64,000 bases of DNA from Convolutriloba macropyga (taxonomy: Eukaryota), in assembly GCF_964194025.1 (NCBI RefSeq), contig NC_134474.1, forward strand, positions 24,428,001-24,492,000, read 5' to 3'. The translations under genes were made by a program, and so were the position numbers. Positions 24,130 to 38,100 of this stretch are shown piece by piece (position 1 is the first letter of the stretch; the number at the start of each line of letters is the position of its first letter). The notes under the pieces are model-generated. The model worked only from the letters and a program-made list of their open reading frames with translations. It had not been told where the DNA came from and did no database searches.

Positions 24130-26750
24130 TTGCATGCTTTGGTCAGCATTTTACGGCTGCCTAAAGAAACAAAAACAGTCAACATCAGCAAATTCAAAAA
24201 AATGGAGCGAGAAAAGTGTCGAAGCCATAAAAAAGTGAACTTTCAGTAAAAATTTTTCTATTTTCTTTTAACTTTTCAACAGCAATGGGATGCTTTTTTT
24301 TAACAATATGACTTCAAACAATTAACAAATATAAACAGATACATTAAAACCACAAAATTTTTGGGAAAACCCGTAGTATCAACGCCATTAAATTAATAGC
24401 TTTCAACGGAAGTCCATAAAAACGCTAAATTATGCCTCGAATGGACGACAAGGATAATTGGTTTTCTTATGTCATAAATAAGACATTACAACAAGTCATT
24501 GACTATGAAAACAACAGCAAATATAGGCAAAATACTAAAATTCATTTAAAAAAATGCGACAAGAAAGTGTCGAAGCCGTTTGAACCATCAGCTTTTTTCT
24601 GCAAACTTTTTCTATGGTCCATTGAACGTCTTCTATAAGCCAATGAGAACTATCAATATTGGGATAAAATCATAAGATTTCAAAAAAAAAACAAAATTAC
24701 GAAAAAAATAACAAAAAAATTTAAAAATTATGAAAATTCATGCATCGATGTCGTTAAACCAACAGTTAGAAGATGAAACCGATGAATGTTTTAATTTTTG
24801 TTGCAGTAGAAATGAAAGGCCTCTTGTCTCACTCAGATTGACTTCGATTTCACAAAAATAAGTTGACGATTGGTTAATGTTAAAAAGTAGTTTGAGAAAT
24901 TATTTTCAAATACCTAACAGCCATTATTTTTATTAGCTTTCAACGGATGTCAATAAGTACGCTCGATGGCTGGAAAAGAATATTCATCATGCACAAATAA
25001 TCAATAGGACGTCACAATAAGTCTTATGGCTATTAAAACAACAACATAAAATTGCAAAGACCAAAAATTCAGCAGAAAAATTCGAGAAGAAAGTGTCGGT
25101 GTCACTTGAACCATAAGCTTTTCTCTGAAAACTTTATCTATGATACATTGAGTTCTTCTCTAGGCCGTTGGGCGCTTTCAATATTAGGTTATAATGTGAA
25201 AAGATTTGAAAAGGAACCAATAATACGAAAAGATCAAAAATCAAAAAATTTAGAAATCGGGTTGCATTGAAGTCATCTGGCTAATAGTTAGAAGATAAAA
25301 GGGCTAACCAGATTAGTTTTGGTTGCAGTAAGAAGGAGGGGGGTGCTGACTTTACCGGGATTGACTTAAAGTTCACAAAAAAAGTTCGTGATTGGTTAAT
25401 GTTAACTTTTTCGAAAATTTAATTTTAAAGCCTTAAGACATTTAGTTCCATAGATTTTCACGAAATTCAATAAATGCACTCAGATATGCCTCGGTTAGAG
25501 GATAAGAATGTCTGTCATGCATAAATTATCAAAAAGACATCACCAAAAGTCTGACTATGAAAACGACAACAAAAACAGGCAAAAACCAAAAACTCAGTAG
25601 AAAAAGTTCGAGAAAGTGTCGAAGCCATTTAAACCATAAGCTTTTTTTCTGCAAAATTTTTCTATGATTCATTGAACGTCTTCTTTAGGCCAATGGGAAC
25701 TATCACTATTGGGATAAAATGATAAGATTTCAAGAAGAAATAATTACGAAATAATGTGAAAAGATTTGAAAAGGGACCAATAATACGAAAAGATCAAAAA
25801 ACTAAAAAATCTAATCTGGTGGCATTGAAGTCATATAGCCAATATTTAGAAGATAAAATTGCTAACAAGATGGCTTTTGGCTGCATTAGGAAGGAGGGGG
25901 TACTGTTATTACCGGGATTGACTTAAAGTTGTCACGAAAAAGCTCATGATTGGTTAATGTTAACTTTTTCGAAAATTTAATTTTGAAGTCTTAAGACATT
26001 AAATTCAATAGATTTTAACGAAATTCATTTAATTGGCTCAGATATGCCTCCATTAGAGGACAAGAATGTTATTCATGCATAATTTATCAAAAAGACATCA
26101 CGAAAAGTCTGACTATGAAAACAACAACAAAAACAGGCAAAAACCAAAAACTCAGTAGAAAAGTTCGAGAAGAAAGTGTCGAAGCCATTTAAACCATAAG
26201 CTTTTCTCTAAAAGCTTATCTATAATCCATTGAACGTTATCTGTAAGCCAATGGGAGCTATCAGTTTTAGTATATTGTAGTAAGATTTCAAAAGGAACAA
26301 ATAATACAAAAATACCAAAAAATTTTTAAAATTTTTTGAAGTCTTGTGCCATTGAAGTCATATAACCAATGGTTAGAAGAGAAAACCGCTAACTAGCCTA
26401 ATTTTGGTTGTAGAAGGTAGGAAAGAAGTCCTGTCATTACTGCGACTGATATAGAGTTAAAAAATGTTTATTTTTTGTTGATGTTAAAAAAACTTATCGG
26501 AAATTTTTTTGAAGTGTTAACAGCCATTATCTGCCCTCTCAAGGCACTAGATAGGTTCATTTAATGCTCATTACGAAATGTACTGCACTTCTAGTCAACA
26601 TGTCTAGGCCATAAGACTCCCAAAATGAAGCGAAATCTCAAAGAAAACGAAAATTTCATTTAAAATTTCAAAAACTCAGAGTCGACGCCAGAAAAAACAT
26701 GAGTGATTCCTTGAAAACGATTTTTTTGTTCATTGGGCTTCATTTGACTG
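24130..26750. repeat. Degenerate tandem array with a ~520-560-bp unit
   Basis: Marker AAAGTGTCGAAGCC-like at ~24216, 24567, 25093, 25616, 26176 and a decayed copy at ~26680. Related sequence occurs at ~34050-34850. Confidence 0.8.
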
Positions 26751-29700
26751 TAAAGGGGGGTTGTCATCAACGGAACCGCGATTTGAAAAGTGACTAGTCT
26801 CTAGGTGACTTAAAAAAACATATGAAAGTTTTAAGAGGTCTCAAACAGAAATCGATTTTTTTGTAAACTTCCCTATGAGACTAAAACTTGTCTTTTTTTA
26901 TTTCCTTTCGTCTATTAGGAACACAATATTGATTCGTTTTGTGGCGTGAAATGTAGTTATGAATTACTATTTTGATAGGAAAAATATTAATTTGAAAAAT
27001 TACACTAAAAGTGAACAAAATCATGCCAAATATCTCGTGTTCTAACAAAACTTCAATCCTCGACAACTCGAAAAATACGAAACTCAAAAAAAAATTTTCA
27101 TTTTGAATTGTACACTGGAGTAGTTTTTTAATGATACCACTCACATTTCTCTAAGATGAATATATCGATCGGCCAAAATTGTCTGAACAAAAAAAACCAA
27201 TTTGAGTATATAGTTCCTTCCCCCACAAGTGGGGTCGAAACAATTACCTTTTTTGTCTAATGCGCATCTAAGTGTGTTTAACTTTGTTCGAAATAAGTAT
27301 TATTTCATTACTTACTTTATCGGGGGGTATGATGCAAAACTACTTGTGCTTTTTCATGAGCGTTGATTTGATAAAGCAGGAGCACAACTTTATAAAATAA
27401 CCTGTTTATTTTTATTTTGATTCCAATCTTCCTAAAGAACATTTTTATAACGTAGCGAAAAATTTTGTGCTTAAAATTTTTTCTCAATGTCCTTAATTTG
27501 CACTTGTTAGAGCTTGGAAGTCAGCGACAAAGAAGCATTGAACATATTATGACAATAGGGTAAAATGAAATGTGCTAATACAGAGTGATTTAGTTGTTGC
27601 ATAACTAAAAATTAATCCGCAGCTCAATAATTCATTGCACCTCACTCATTAAAGTTCACTGGTCAACAATTTACTTCTTCACTCGATTCAACATTCATAA
27701 CTCATTCAACAATTTTTAGTGGTAGCAAGAAACGTTATAACGACTGATGTCTAATCAATAACTGACGAAAAGTGTTGCTGTGCACTTTTCCCCTCGTAAT
27801 TTTATTGCAAATTTTAACGCAGTAAATCAAATAATAGACTGGAAGGAGTTTTCAGATTATTTATGATACTATTTGGAGTTATTAAGGATAAGTTGAATGG
27901 CTGGAAATGCTCTCATAGAAAATTTAGCATGGTGAGGATCAAATATAAATAGGAGCATAAAATAACAAACCTCTAAATGCAAAGTCTTTTGTTTTTGCTT
28001 ATGTATGATGATAATAAATACCACCTGAAGTTGTCCGTCAGGGGTTCACGGACCATGTTGTTCGCCGCTGCACGTACAGTGTTAAAGCGTGGTACATGTT
28101 GGATTATATAAGATGCATTATAACATTTAACCGTATTAAATAATTTTCCCACCTAAGATTATTTGCAAGAGTTATTTAAATCAAGACAAACAAGATAAAA
28201 CAAACGGCTTCTACTCACTCGAACTGCTGAGCTACTCCAGTTAAAACTAGCCAAGATTTCGCAGGAACATAATTGAAAAAGGTGTTATTTTATGTCTATG
28301 AGTCATGTAATTTAATGACTTTCGTATGCTTGTGCACTCAGATAGCCGAAATTTTAGATCGCTAAAATAATAGCAATTCTATTGGTTGATTTTTTTTTGC
28401 TTTGACAAAGATAATCAACTAATTGTTCTGCTCTGTAGAATTTGACAAATTTATTGTGATAAGTTTTAGTTTTTCTAGTTTGAAATTGTAATAAGTTGAA
28501 ACAATGTTGAAAAGGTCTCACATTGTACTCGAATCTAAACCTGGCTCTTTGTGTATATGCTGCAATAGAAATCTAGTGTTCCTTTTTGAAAGCAATATTT
28601 GCTCACATAAAAATGGTCCATTTTGTGTTGACAGAATCTGTATCCTTTTTGTGATGGTAGTTTTTCGATTCGCCGTCAACCCGCTTTCATGAACAAACTA
28701 ATCTACCTCCACTATACATTGTACCATCGTTAGTCTTCATTGTTAGTCTTCGTTAGTCTTCGTTGTACCATCGTTTGTACCATCATATCAGTTGTCAGTC
28801 ATTAACCGACTAATACCCGCTAGTGTTTACTCGTAAGTTGTGATTTTGCGAACAGAAAAGAGATCAGTTTGAATTTGAATTATTTAATCAGATAGGTAAA
28901 TAAAGGCAATCTGATTCAACGCATGGAGCAGAAGAATATATAGAAAATATGGATCTCGTTACGTGTCGTCAAAGAGGCAAATTTGTATACATTAGGTCCT
29001 TTAACCTATAACTGCTCAGTTTTGAGGGATTTTAATATGTATAAGGGGAGCGATGGTTCTGCTAAAAGACAGCCTCAAAGTAGTTCTTGCAGCACACCCT
29101 TACCGAGGTTCGACCTTTATTTGCCCAGCTCCAAACTGGGTTTGGATGTTGACTGATAAAACGTGATTACTGATCTCCATTGAATGTCAGTCAATACGTG
29201 CTATGGTTATATCTTGCTAATTACTGTTACTCCACCTCTTCCTTCTGTTCATTGATCTGGTGTGAGATCCCGTGTTTTGCTTTTTTTGTTGACTCAATTT
29301 TGACTGATCGGTATCTTAAGCGTTGAAAAATCAGAAGAGGTATTATTGAACAGCGGTTGAATAGCTGAACCAGTTGTTCAGGAAATTATACATTTTTCAA
29401 AATCTATCCTTTTCTCATCTTTTTACGCTTCTTATTCAACAAGGTGGAGCACGGTTTGCTCTGTGAACTCCGACGTTCAATTCAATAAAGGTCGAAAAAT
29501 TGTCAAAATGACAGAATTTGAATATATAGCTGGTAGAGTGCAATAAAATATCTGCGGCTGCTTTTTAGACATGCAGTTTTAAAATACCAATAGGATAAAC
29601 AGGACCTAAAGACAAAAGAAAACAATTTTCAATTAAAAGAGTTGTTGCAATTAACCAGAATTTGTTAAAAGCTTTCTTAGATAAATTTCAGTTAATGTAA

Positions 29701-30609
29701 ATTATCCACAGATGACATAAAGAACTCCAAATACAGCAGCAAAAGTTATTTTGAGGCCGAGGAAAATCACGCGTGATTAGAAATCTATTCGCGCGAATTA
29801 TAAACTTCATGAAGAATGAAATGGACATTCCACTTAAAAATGAGTCAGAGGCCTGCATAAGTTATTCACAAAAAGTTAATTCTTAAAACAAGTTTTCCTA
29901 ATAATTTTTTGCTGAAATTTTAATAACGTGAAGCACTGAATCTTGGCGCACGTTGTTCTCTTGCGTCTGATTTCATTATTTTGATTCCAAAGACAGCGAA
30001 AGGATAGAACAGCATGACTTGAAAGTTTTCAGGACTCGAGCCAATGAAAAACATTGACAAAGAATATATGCTCAATGCTTTAATTTTATCGTTTAGTTTT
30101 GTTGTCAATGTCTTTAAAATGAAATCTGCAACCAAAAACAAAAAATAGATTGAGTTGCATAGAAAAAAAACTATTAAAACCGCTTGCAATAAATTTATAC
30201 AGAATGCTGAAAACCAAAAACTCACAACTTAAGGAAGCCAAAACGACAAATTTTTTTCTCACTTTTTTCTTTTTCGTTCGTTTTTTTTACGTTTCATTCA
30301 CATCGATTATCGAAAAGTCTTTGAAGGTATCTTAAAAAGACAGCAACCCAAGAAGGCTAATGGGGCTAAACTTAACTATTCTGCATGACCTTTTAGCTAA
30401 TTTCGCAGTCATACATATATCATCTCATATACACTAACACTAAGACACACGTGGATACACAATACTGTACGCACACACTGGTGCAGAGAAATACGCACAT
30501 ATGCTCTCATCCCAGCCACGGAAGTAAATAAGTGATTTATTGAATCAGTTGCTTTTACATTCTGCGAGAAAAATTAAGACTGAGCTTAATACTGCGTGAA
30601 AAATCAAAC

Positions 30610-32090
30610 ACTGTTTTCTTCCCAAATAAGCAAAAACTTAAACTTCTATTTTGCCAGACTGATTAATTTAAAGCTCTAGAATGTTACCACTTTCTATTCT
30701 GTACGCAAAACACAAAAATTGGCCGCACTCGTCTTTAAAAATTTCTATAGAGTTAACCACGGGCATATACCTTACCCGAAAATTGGGTTGGAACAGTAAG
30801 AGCTTGAAATCGAAAGCATTTAAATGATCATTTTCATTAGTCATGTTATCATTCTAAAAACTTTGATAATTTTTTGTTGTTTAAAATTGGGTGCGGTTAT
30901 GATTACCTTTTCCAAGCATCAATGGTTATCAATAATATAGAAAAAGGATATGGGAAAAAAGTGAAAGCGTTTGGAAACTTTGTTATTTTATAATTGTTGT
31001 TTCTTCTTTTGAATGCTCTATAGTTCCTGAAAATTCGTTTTTGTTTTTTGTTGCAAATATTGCTTCTGTTGTTTTCTGTTTTTTTTTCTGTTTTGTTTTC
31101 TGTTGCAAATGTTGCTGTGGGTTGATTTCAGGATCCGTTCAATCGCTTTTTCAGTGGACAGTTACATTTTATTTCTTAGAGGTTTTTTCAGGCACATTTT
31201 TTTAATAAACAAAGCATCTGTTTCATTTTAAGTTCTCCTTATAAAGCGTTAATCATTGAAATGAAGTTATCATTTCGCTCAAAAACATGAGCTGAATTTC
31301 GTGCACTTTTGTTTTTTCTCTGTAGAAAATTTTAATGATCCAATATTAGGAAATTGTTTTTTTTCTGTATGATTTGGAATTTACGGCAGCCCAGATACTT
31401 ATTATAGTTTTTTGAAGATGTTTTGTTGCATTGCGGAGAAGTGCTAAAAGTATCCTTCTCAACTTAAGAAAATAGTACAGCCATGTACAAAATCTTCCAA
31501 AGTAAGCAAAATTTTATACTTCAATTTTTCCAGACTGATTTATTTTTGTACGATCGTTTGAATGTTTTAAAATTTGATTCCATACGCAAAATACAAAAAC
31601 CGGGCGTAGTTGTCTTTAAAGATTTCCTTTGATTTTATCACGCACATAGACCTTGCCCCAAAATTACGTTGGAACAATTAGAGCTTGAAATTGAAAGCAT
31701 ATAATTGATCATTTTTAGTAGTCATGTTCTCATTCTAAAAACTTTTATAATTTCTTGGTAGTTAAAAGTGAGTACGGTTATGATTAACTTTTCCAAGCAT
31801 CAATGCTTATCTAAAATAAAGAAAAAGGATATGAGAAAAAAATGGAGGCGTTTGGAAACTTTATTATATAATTGTTTTTTTTTCTTTTGAGTGCTTTATA
31901 GTTCCAGAATATGGATACTAACATCAGTTTCGTTTTCTTTTGCAAATGTTGCTGGGGATGATTTTAGGATCCGTTCAATTGTTTTTTTAGTGGACGCCTA
32001 ACAATTTTTATAATTTCGCAGATAAAAACTTTATAATTTTTATAAGGCACATTTTTGTTGACAAAGCACCTGCTGCAATTTAAGTTTTTT
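30610..32090. repeat. Diverged direct duplication (~620-bp blocks, ~875 bp apart)
   Basis: CCAGACTGATT...GTTGGAACA...GAGCTTGAAAT...CCAAGCATCAATG...GGATCCGTTCAAT occurs at ~30610-31235 and ~31490-32090. Confidence 0.8.
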
Positions 32091-33014
32091 CTCCTGATAA
32101 TGTGTTTTCGTTGTGTTGCATAAATTTTTTGCTCGGCGAACCTCCATATACAAGAGACCAAAAATTGATCACGCCGGCTGGGGATGATCAAGCTTGCGTT
32201 CATGTCTGCTGGGGGAAGACAGATGTTAAGATTTAGAGAACATCTGAAGTAGAAAAAGCGGAGCATATTGTAGAATTTTTTCATCTTAAGTTCTTTTACT
32301 CTCTGAAGAAAGATGCAAGTTTTATTGTAACATCAAGCAGACCTCGTAATAATATATAAATACTGGGCAACTTCCTCTTGTAGTTGGAGCTTGACTATAA
32401 TCAAATATATATCTTAGGATATGCTTCTAGAGTAAACGGTTTTTCCATTTGAAGTTGGTTGTTGGCGGAAATTTCACGGAAATTAAAACGGATGATTCCA
32501 ATAAATGATTTGTAGCAGAGCCAATGTATATACTTTCCATTGTAACCAAAATATGTGCTATTTTGTCAGTAAGTACGCTATTTGAATTTTTTAGCTTATT
32601 TTTTTGGTCTCTGTTGATCTGAATATAACCTCTAGAAATATTAAGTTACAAATTGTGCTTTTACGAATTAATTGGTAATATTTTATGTTGATCTCATTTG
32701 ACTGTCGCATACTGAGTAGGAGGGTGTTGTCAAGGTTTGAGATTTTCAAAACCTTTCAAGTTTTTGGCAATTCATTTGGCATTTAATTTTTCAGAGCGCA
32801 AATGATCTACAACAATCGCAGTATCAAATTTGTAGCCAATTAATTATATAGTTGGCTACTGAGCGGTATTTAAGTGCATATAGTAAGAAAAGCAGTCATT
32901 GTTACCAATATTTTGCTGAATAACTGTAACGAAGCTAAAACAGTACAAAGTTTTAGTTGAACTCTGAAGTTATACAGAAATTTTATTTAGTTTGTTTTAA
33001 ACGTGCATTTAAAA

Positions 33015-33378
33015 ATGGCGTCTGATCCCGGAGATGAAGTAAAAATGGAGCGGAGTGTAGGATTAATCTCAGGAATCGGATTGACGATGGGAACCATGAT
33101 TGGAAGTGGAATCTTTGCCTCAGCTCCCGGGGTAGTCGAATACAGTGGAAGTGTCGGAATGAGTTTAATAGTATGGGCCTTATCGGGGCTGATTGCGTTG
33201 CTAGGTGCAATGAGTTACTGTGAGTTGTGCACTATGATTACGAAAAGTGGAGGGGAGTACCAGTATTTGAATCAGGCATTTGGACCAATTCCAGCGTTTC
33301 TGTTTTCGTGGACAGCAGTCATCGTTCTGAGACCGGCTCAAGCGGCAGCTATTTCGCTCACATTTGCTTCATATTTTG
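33015..33378 (+). CDS. SLC7A9-like: SLC7/LAT amino-acid transporter copy B, coding exon 1 of 4
   Basis: ATG at 33015; MGTMIGSGIF...ELCTMITKSGGEY; phase-1 donor G|GTTTGT at the same codon as copy A. Exons 33015-33378, 44315-44539, 45049-45306 and 45641-46287 total 1494 nt, giving 497 aa in frame. Confidence 0.9.
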
Positions 33379-33491
33379 GTTTGTTCAAATTTTCTATTTT
33401 TGTAAGTTAAAGTTTTAATTAGATGAATTCAATATAAAACAATGAACAATGCTCATACAGGCTACCATGCAACACAGATACTTTTTATAAT

Positions 33492-33868
33492 TAATTGCTC
33501 TCGAACGAAGATTGAAGTTATTATATTAGTCCTGTGGTCTTCTTTATGCGATTTTTCGCTTGACTGAGTTTTCCTCTGACCCTTTTGACTTTTCGTCCTT
33601 AAAAACGGGATAAACATGTAGAGCCCGAGTGCATTAATTTCTCTTACAGCTTTTCGGCTTTAGACCTTAAGTATGTAGTGCATCGAAACACTTTTGGAGA
33701 CATAAATTTTGGTGTAAAGGGTGGTTCTTAGAGTTTGACCCTCCTCCTCCCACTTCAACCCCGCGCCAACTTCACCCCTTCAATCCGCACCCCTGCACGT
33801 CGTTGCACCCGTAGCCCGGCGCGCTCGCCAGTAGTTGGGATTAATTAGCCCGACATTAGCCGGGTATG
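33492..33868 (+). mobile_element. Non-autonomous Helentron-like element, C-rich subfamily, in intron 1 of SLC7 copy B
   Basis: 5' TAATTGCTCTCGAACG; body colinear with 20775-21377; decayed 3' IR, then hairpin CCCGAC-ATTA-GCCGGG and TATG. Confidence 0.65.
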
Positions 33869-35124
33869 ATTAATTCATTCAAGCAAGGCTAATGGACGAG
33901 TGAATCTATTAGAGGCTCGGCGATGTGCGTTCGCACATAATGTTCCGTCCCCGCCCTTGCATATTTTTGAATTTTTGTCTACCAAATGAGGAAAAGATGA
34001 GAGCCTTAAAAATTCACACTTAGACTGATGGAAAAAATTTGGTGTAAAAATATAAAGATAATGCCGAATCAGAGGGCCAATGGGACCTGCGGTTAATAAA
34101 ACTACGAGACACGACAAACAAAAAATAGTAAAACAACCGACCTTAAGGCCAAACTCTAAACCAAATCAAAAACAGCATCAGATAAAGCCTTAACAAGAAA
34201 ATTAACTTCTAATTCACTAGAAAGCAGATGGGACCTGTGGTAAATGAGACTAGGTGGTGTATACACAAGAGGGGCAGAAAGGGCCAAAGTAGGAAAATCA
34301 TTAAATTTTCTTTAACCAAATGATTTCCGAGTTAATAACAACCATACGCTTTCGCCTGAAAAATGCTAGATGGTGTTATATGAAAGTCAGATGCCAATGA
34401 GAACTGCCTTTAGTGAGACTACGTAATCAGACTTCAAAAAAACAAGGAATACAAACAGAACGCTTGATTTAAAACGCAATTTTACGGAAACACATTATTT
34501 AAGCTCTTAAAACCAGCTATTAACTTAAAATAGATGCATTTATGCCTCCATAGAATACTTTTGAGATGTTTTGTTGTTCAGAAAATTTCACACGACTAGA
34601 AAAGAACGCACAAATACAGTGAAAACTGAATAACTCAATTTAGTTTCGCGAAAAAACGTTAAGAGAATAGGCTTTTCTCGAAATCGTTATATATGTTCGA
34701 TTGCACCTTTCCTTCAACCTATGATTTATGTGATAGTGTTACAAGCCAACAAAAAAAACCTCAAAAATATCCAAAGATTCAATAAATTTTTTATGAAACT
34801 CGTAGTATCAGAACCAAACGCATTAGTTGAAACAAAGACGCTCTTAAGATTAAATGGGATCTCTCAAAAACCCAGCCTTGATATGTGATCATTCTCGTTT
34901 ATTTTTAACTTAACAACTGCTTTAAAATTTTAAAGCCCACTGTGAAACTAGCTTTTACATTGCTTCGCTTCCATTAAACACACGCAATTGTTTATGATGA
35001 TAGTGAAATATATGATTTGATATTAAAATTTTGGTATATCAAAAATAAATCATGCAGTTTAAATAATTTTTGATTTGAATAAGCAAAAACAGGCATAATT
35101 TTTTGCAGTACAATTTCATAGGGA

Positions 35125-38100
35125 GCGTATAGTGGAGATGTTTTGGAATTATTATGGGGAACTTTTTGTCCACGCTATACGGGGAATTTGCAAGACGACC
35201 ACCAACGCGGATGACGTTGTTGTCTCCGTCGAAGAATGGGGAGAGGCTGAGTAGATGACTGTATTTCTTGATACGCTTGCTGGATGATTCAACTGGTAGG
35301 TTTGAAGTTGAGTCTTCTGGTGTTGTTGATCCTTTTATATACCTGAATTCCGCAGAAAGCTGTTGCATGATGCTTTAAAGGGCTATTCTTGCTGAGCGGA
35401 GATTTGATGGGGAAAGTTGATGACAAACACCAATTTGTCTTTTTGCTGTGATGTGTTGCTTCTTCTTAACTGTTGATATAAAGCTAGTTGGCGGCAATGA
35501 AAGACTTGTTGATAAATCCGTCTGTAGCTCATAAACAGATTCGTTCTGTGATTTGTCTTCCATTGATTCGTATTGTTTTGCTGCCTTTCATTAAGACGTT
35601 GTTTTTTGAAGTGCAGATGCTGTTCATTTGGGTTAAGAAAGCTGCACAATTCATGATGATCGTCTGGTGTTGAAAGGAAATTGCTGGATGGTGGAACCAA
35701 GTCTGTCGGTGTTGACTGGATTTCAGTGGTTGTTTGCTGAAGTCTATTCAAACATTGCGTAGATTGCTCTTCCTTTGTGTGCTCGACAGGAAGAGGGGGC
35801 TGCGGGCACAAATCTGCTTTTTGACTGCGGTGATGAATTTTTGGCTGTAGGAATTGGTCTTTATGGGTGCTCTGAAGGGGCTGTGATTGTTGGGAATCGT
35901 TTCGATAGCAGATATTCTGCTGATGAGGTGCGTCTTGATTGTTGCTGGAGAAACCCGAATCTTCGCATGGGTTTTCCTGCTGGTGGGTTACGAACAATTT
36001 TTCTGTGAAATTGTTTAAAGATTGGTCTCGAGGTTTCATGGTGTGTTATAGATGCTGATGATCTTGGTCGTTGTCAGAAGACTTTGGTTGAAGATTCTCG
36101 TGCGGTTCTTTGTTGGAAAATGCGTTTGGTTTTGGTTTTTAAACGTATTTGAATGATCAATTGCAGGTAGCGACTGACTGTGATTGTTGCTTGACCTTCT
36201 CTTTATTCTTGCTTGTAGTCGTCGAGGGAATAGTCTGACGCAAGCGAACACTCTTACAAGTCGATACTTTGAAGACTGTCTGCTGATAAGATCTAATATT
36301 CTGTTGTCTTGCTGCTGATGCTGCATTACTAGAGATAGTTGGGCTGATGAGTTTACTTCGGCTAAAGCGTCAGTTGAGGCGTTACAGAGCGGTGTAACAT
36401 CCAATGAAGGCCAAAACTGCTCGTCTTGACGCAACCAATTGGGTCCTTTCCACCAAAGTTGGTGATTAAGACGTTTGTCGGAAATTCCTCGTGATGCGCA
36501 ATCAGCTGGATTGTCTTCTGTTGGTAAACTTCCAATTTTCTGAAGGAATGATGCTCTGAATCTTGGCAACTCGGTAAGCAACGAAAGTATTCCATTTCGT
36601 GAGTATGTCTTTAATCCAGGCGAGGGTCACTTGTGAATCGGTCCAAGCAAAGACTTTGGGGTTGGGAAAACGGCTGTCATTGATGGCTTCTTTCACTGCT
36701 TGAGACAATTGTGCTCCAAGAAGTGCTGCACAGAGTTCTAAACGTGGGACACATAAAGTTATGATTGGGGTAACGCGTATTTTGGCTGTCAGCATTTGTG
36801 TGTGCACTCGGTCGTCCATTTGCTCTCGCACGTAGACAACTCCGGCATAGGCTGTGGTTGAGGCGTCACAAAACACATGAAGCTCCATAGATGACGAAAA
36901 AGGTGCTGCAAAAACTCGTCGTTCAAGTTTGACCTTCTCCAGTTCTTTGAGCTGAAGTCGAAATCTTCCGTATTGTTCTAGGATGTTTAACGATAGGGTT
37001 TTGTCCCAGGTCAACTTGTCCATCCAAAGTGTTTGCAAGAAGGATTTCAACTGAATTGTTGTTGGTGACAACCATCCGAGTGGGTCAAACAACTTTGTGA
37101 CTTCCGATAATATTTTCCTCTTTGTAGTGGGAAAATCCTTGTCCAGGCAAACTGTGAAGGTGAAATGACCTGGAACAGGGCTCCACTTTATTCCAAGGGT
37201 TTTTGACTGTGTAGTCGTTGCTGTTGATTATCATTTCGTCTGAAGTTTTGCGAAAACGAAGGCAATCGCTCAGCAAGTGACGAAACACTTGATGTCCATT
37301 TTCGTATATCAAAACAAGCTGTTTTCAGTGTTGCGATGATTTCGTCCTGTAATTGAGTGGCGTGCTCAACATCTGAGGCTCCTGTTAGCAAATCGTCCAC
37401 ATACATGTCGTTATTGATTGCAAGGCGGAGGTTGCTGTTGGTGCAACTGTCTGCTAAGGCTTTGAGAGGTCTAATTGAGTGGTAGGAAGATGATGCTATT
37501 CCATAGGTCACTCTAGTCATTCTGTATGTTTTCACCTCTGTGTTATTTGGATTTTTCCACAAAACCCTGTGAAAATCCTTGTCTTCATCGTCAAGCTGAA
37601 CTGGTCGGTACATCTTGGCAATGTCGGCAGATAGTGCTACTTGATGGCATCAAAAACGATTTAGAATTCCAAACAGATCCTTTTGAAGTTGAGGTCCAAC
37701 CAAGAGACGGTCGGTTAAAGATACTCCACTGGCTGACTTAGCTGAAGCATCAAATACGACTTATAGTTGTGCTGCTGGCGTCCTTGATGACACAATGTGG
37801 AAAGTAGAAACAATTTGTGGCAGGCATATAAATTTTATTTCTGGGAACTTCTTCCATGTGTCCAAGTTGAATGAATTTCTGAATGAACTGACTATATCTG
37901 TTGTATACATCAGGTTGTTTCTCCAGTCGGAAGATGAGGCTCCGTAGTCTTCTTTTCGCTTGATGGTACGAGTCACCCAGGGGTTTGGAGTCTTCTTTGA
38001 AAGGGAGTTTCACAACAAATCTTCCGTCTGAGTTGCGTCGGGTGGTACTTTTGAAGTGATCGTCGCATTTCTGTTCTGATGGCCACTGTGTTGTTGTCGG

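Noticed and set aside
24130-26750. CRISPR-like repeat-spacer array
   Set aside because: Whole ~0.5-kb units are homologous with no unique spacers; eukaryotic context and no cas genes.
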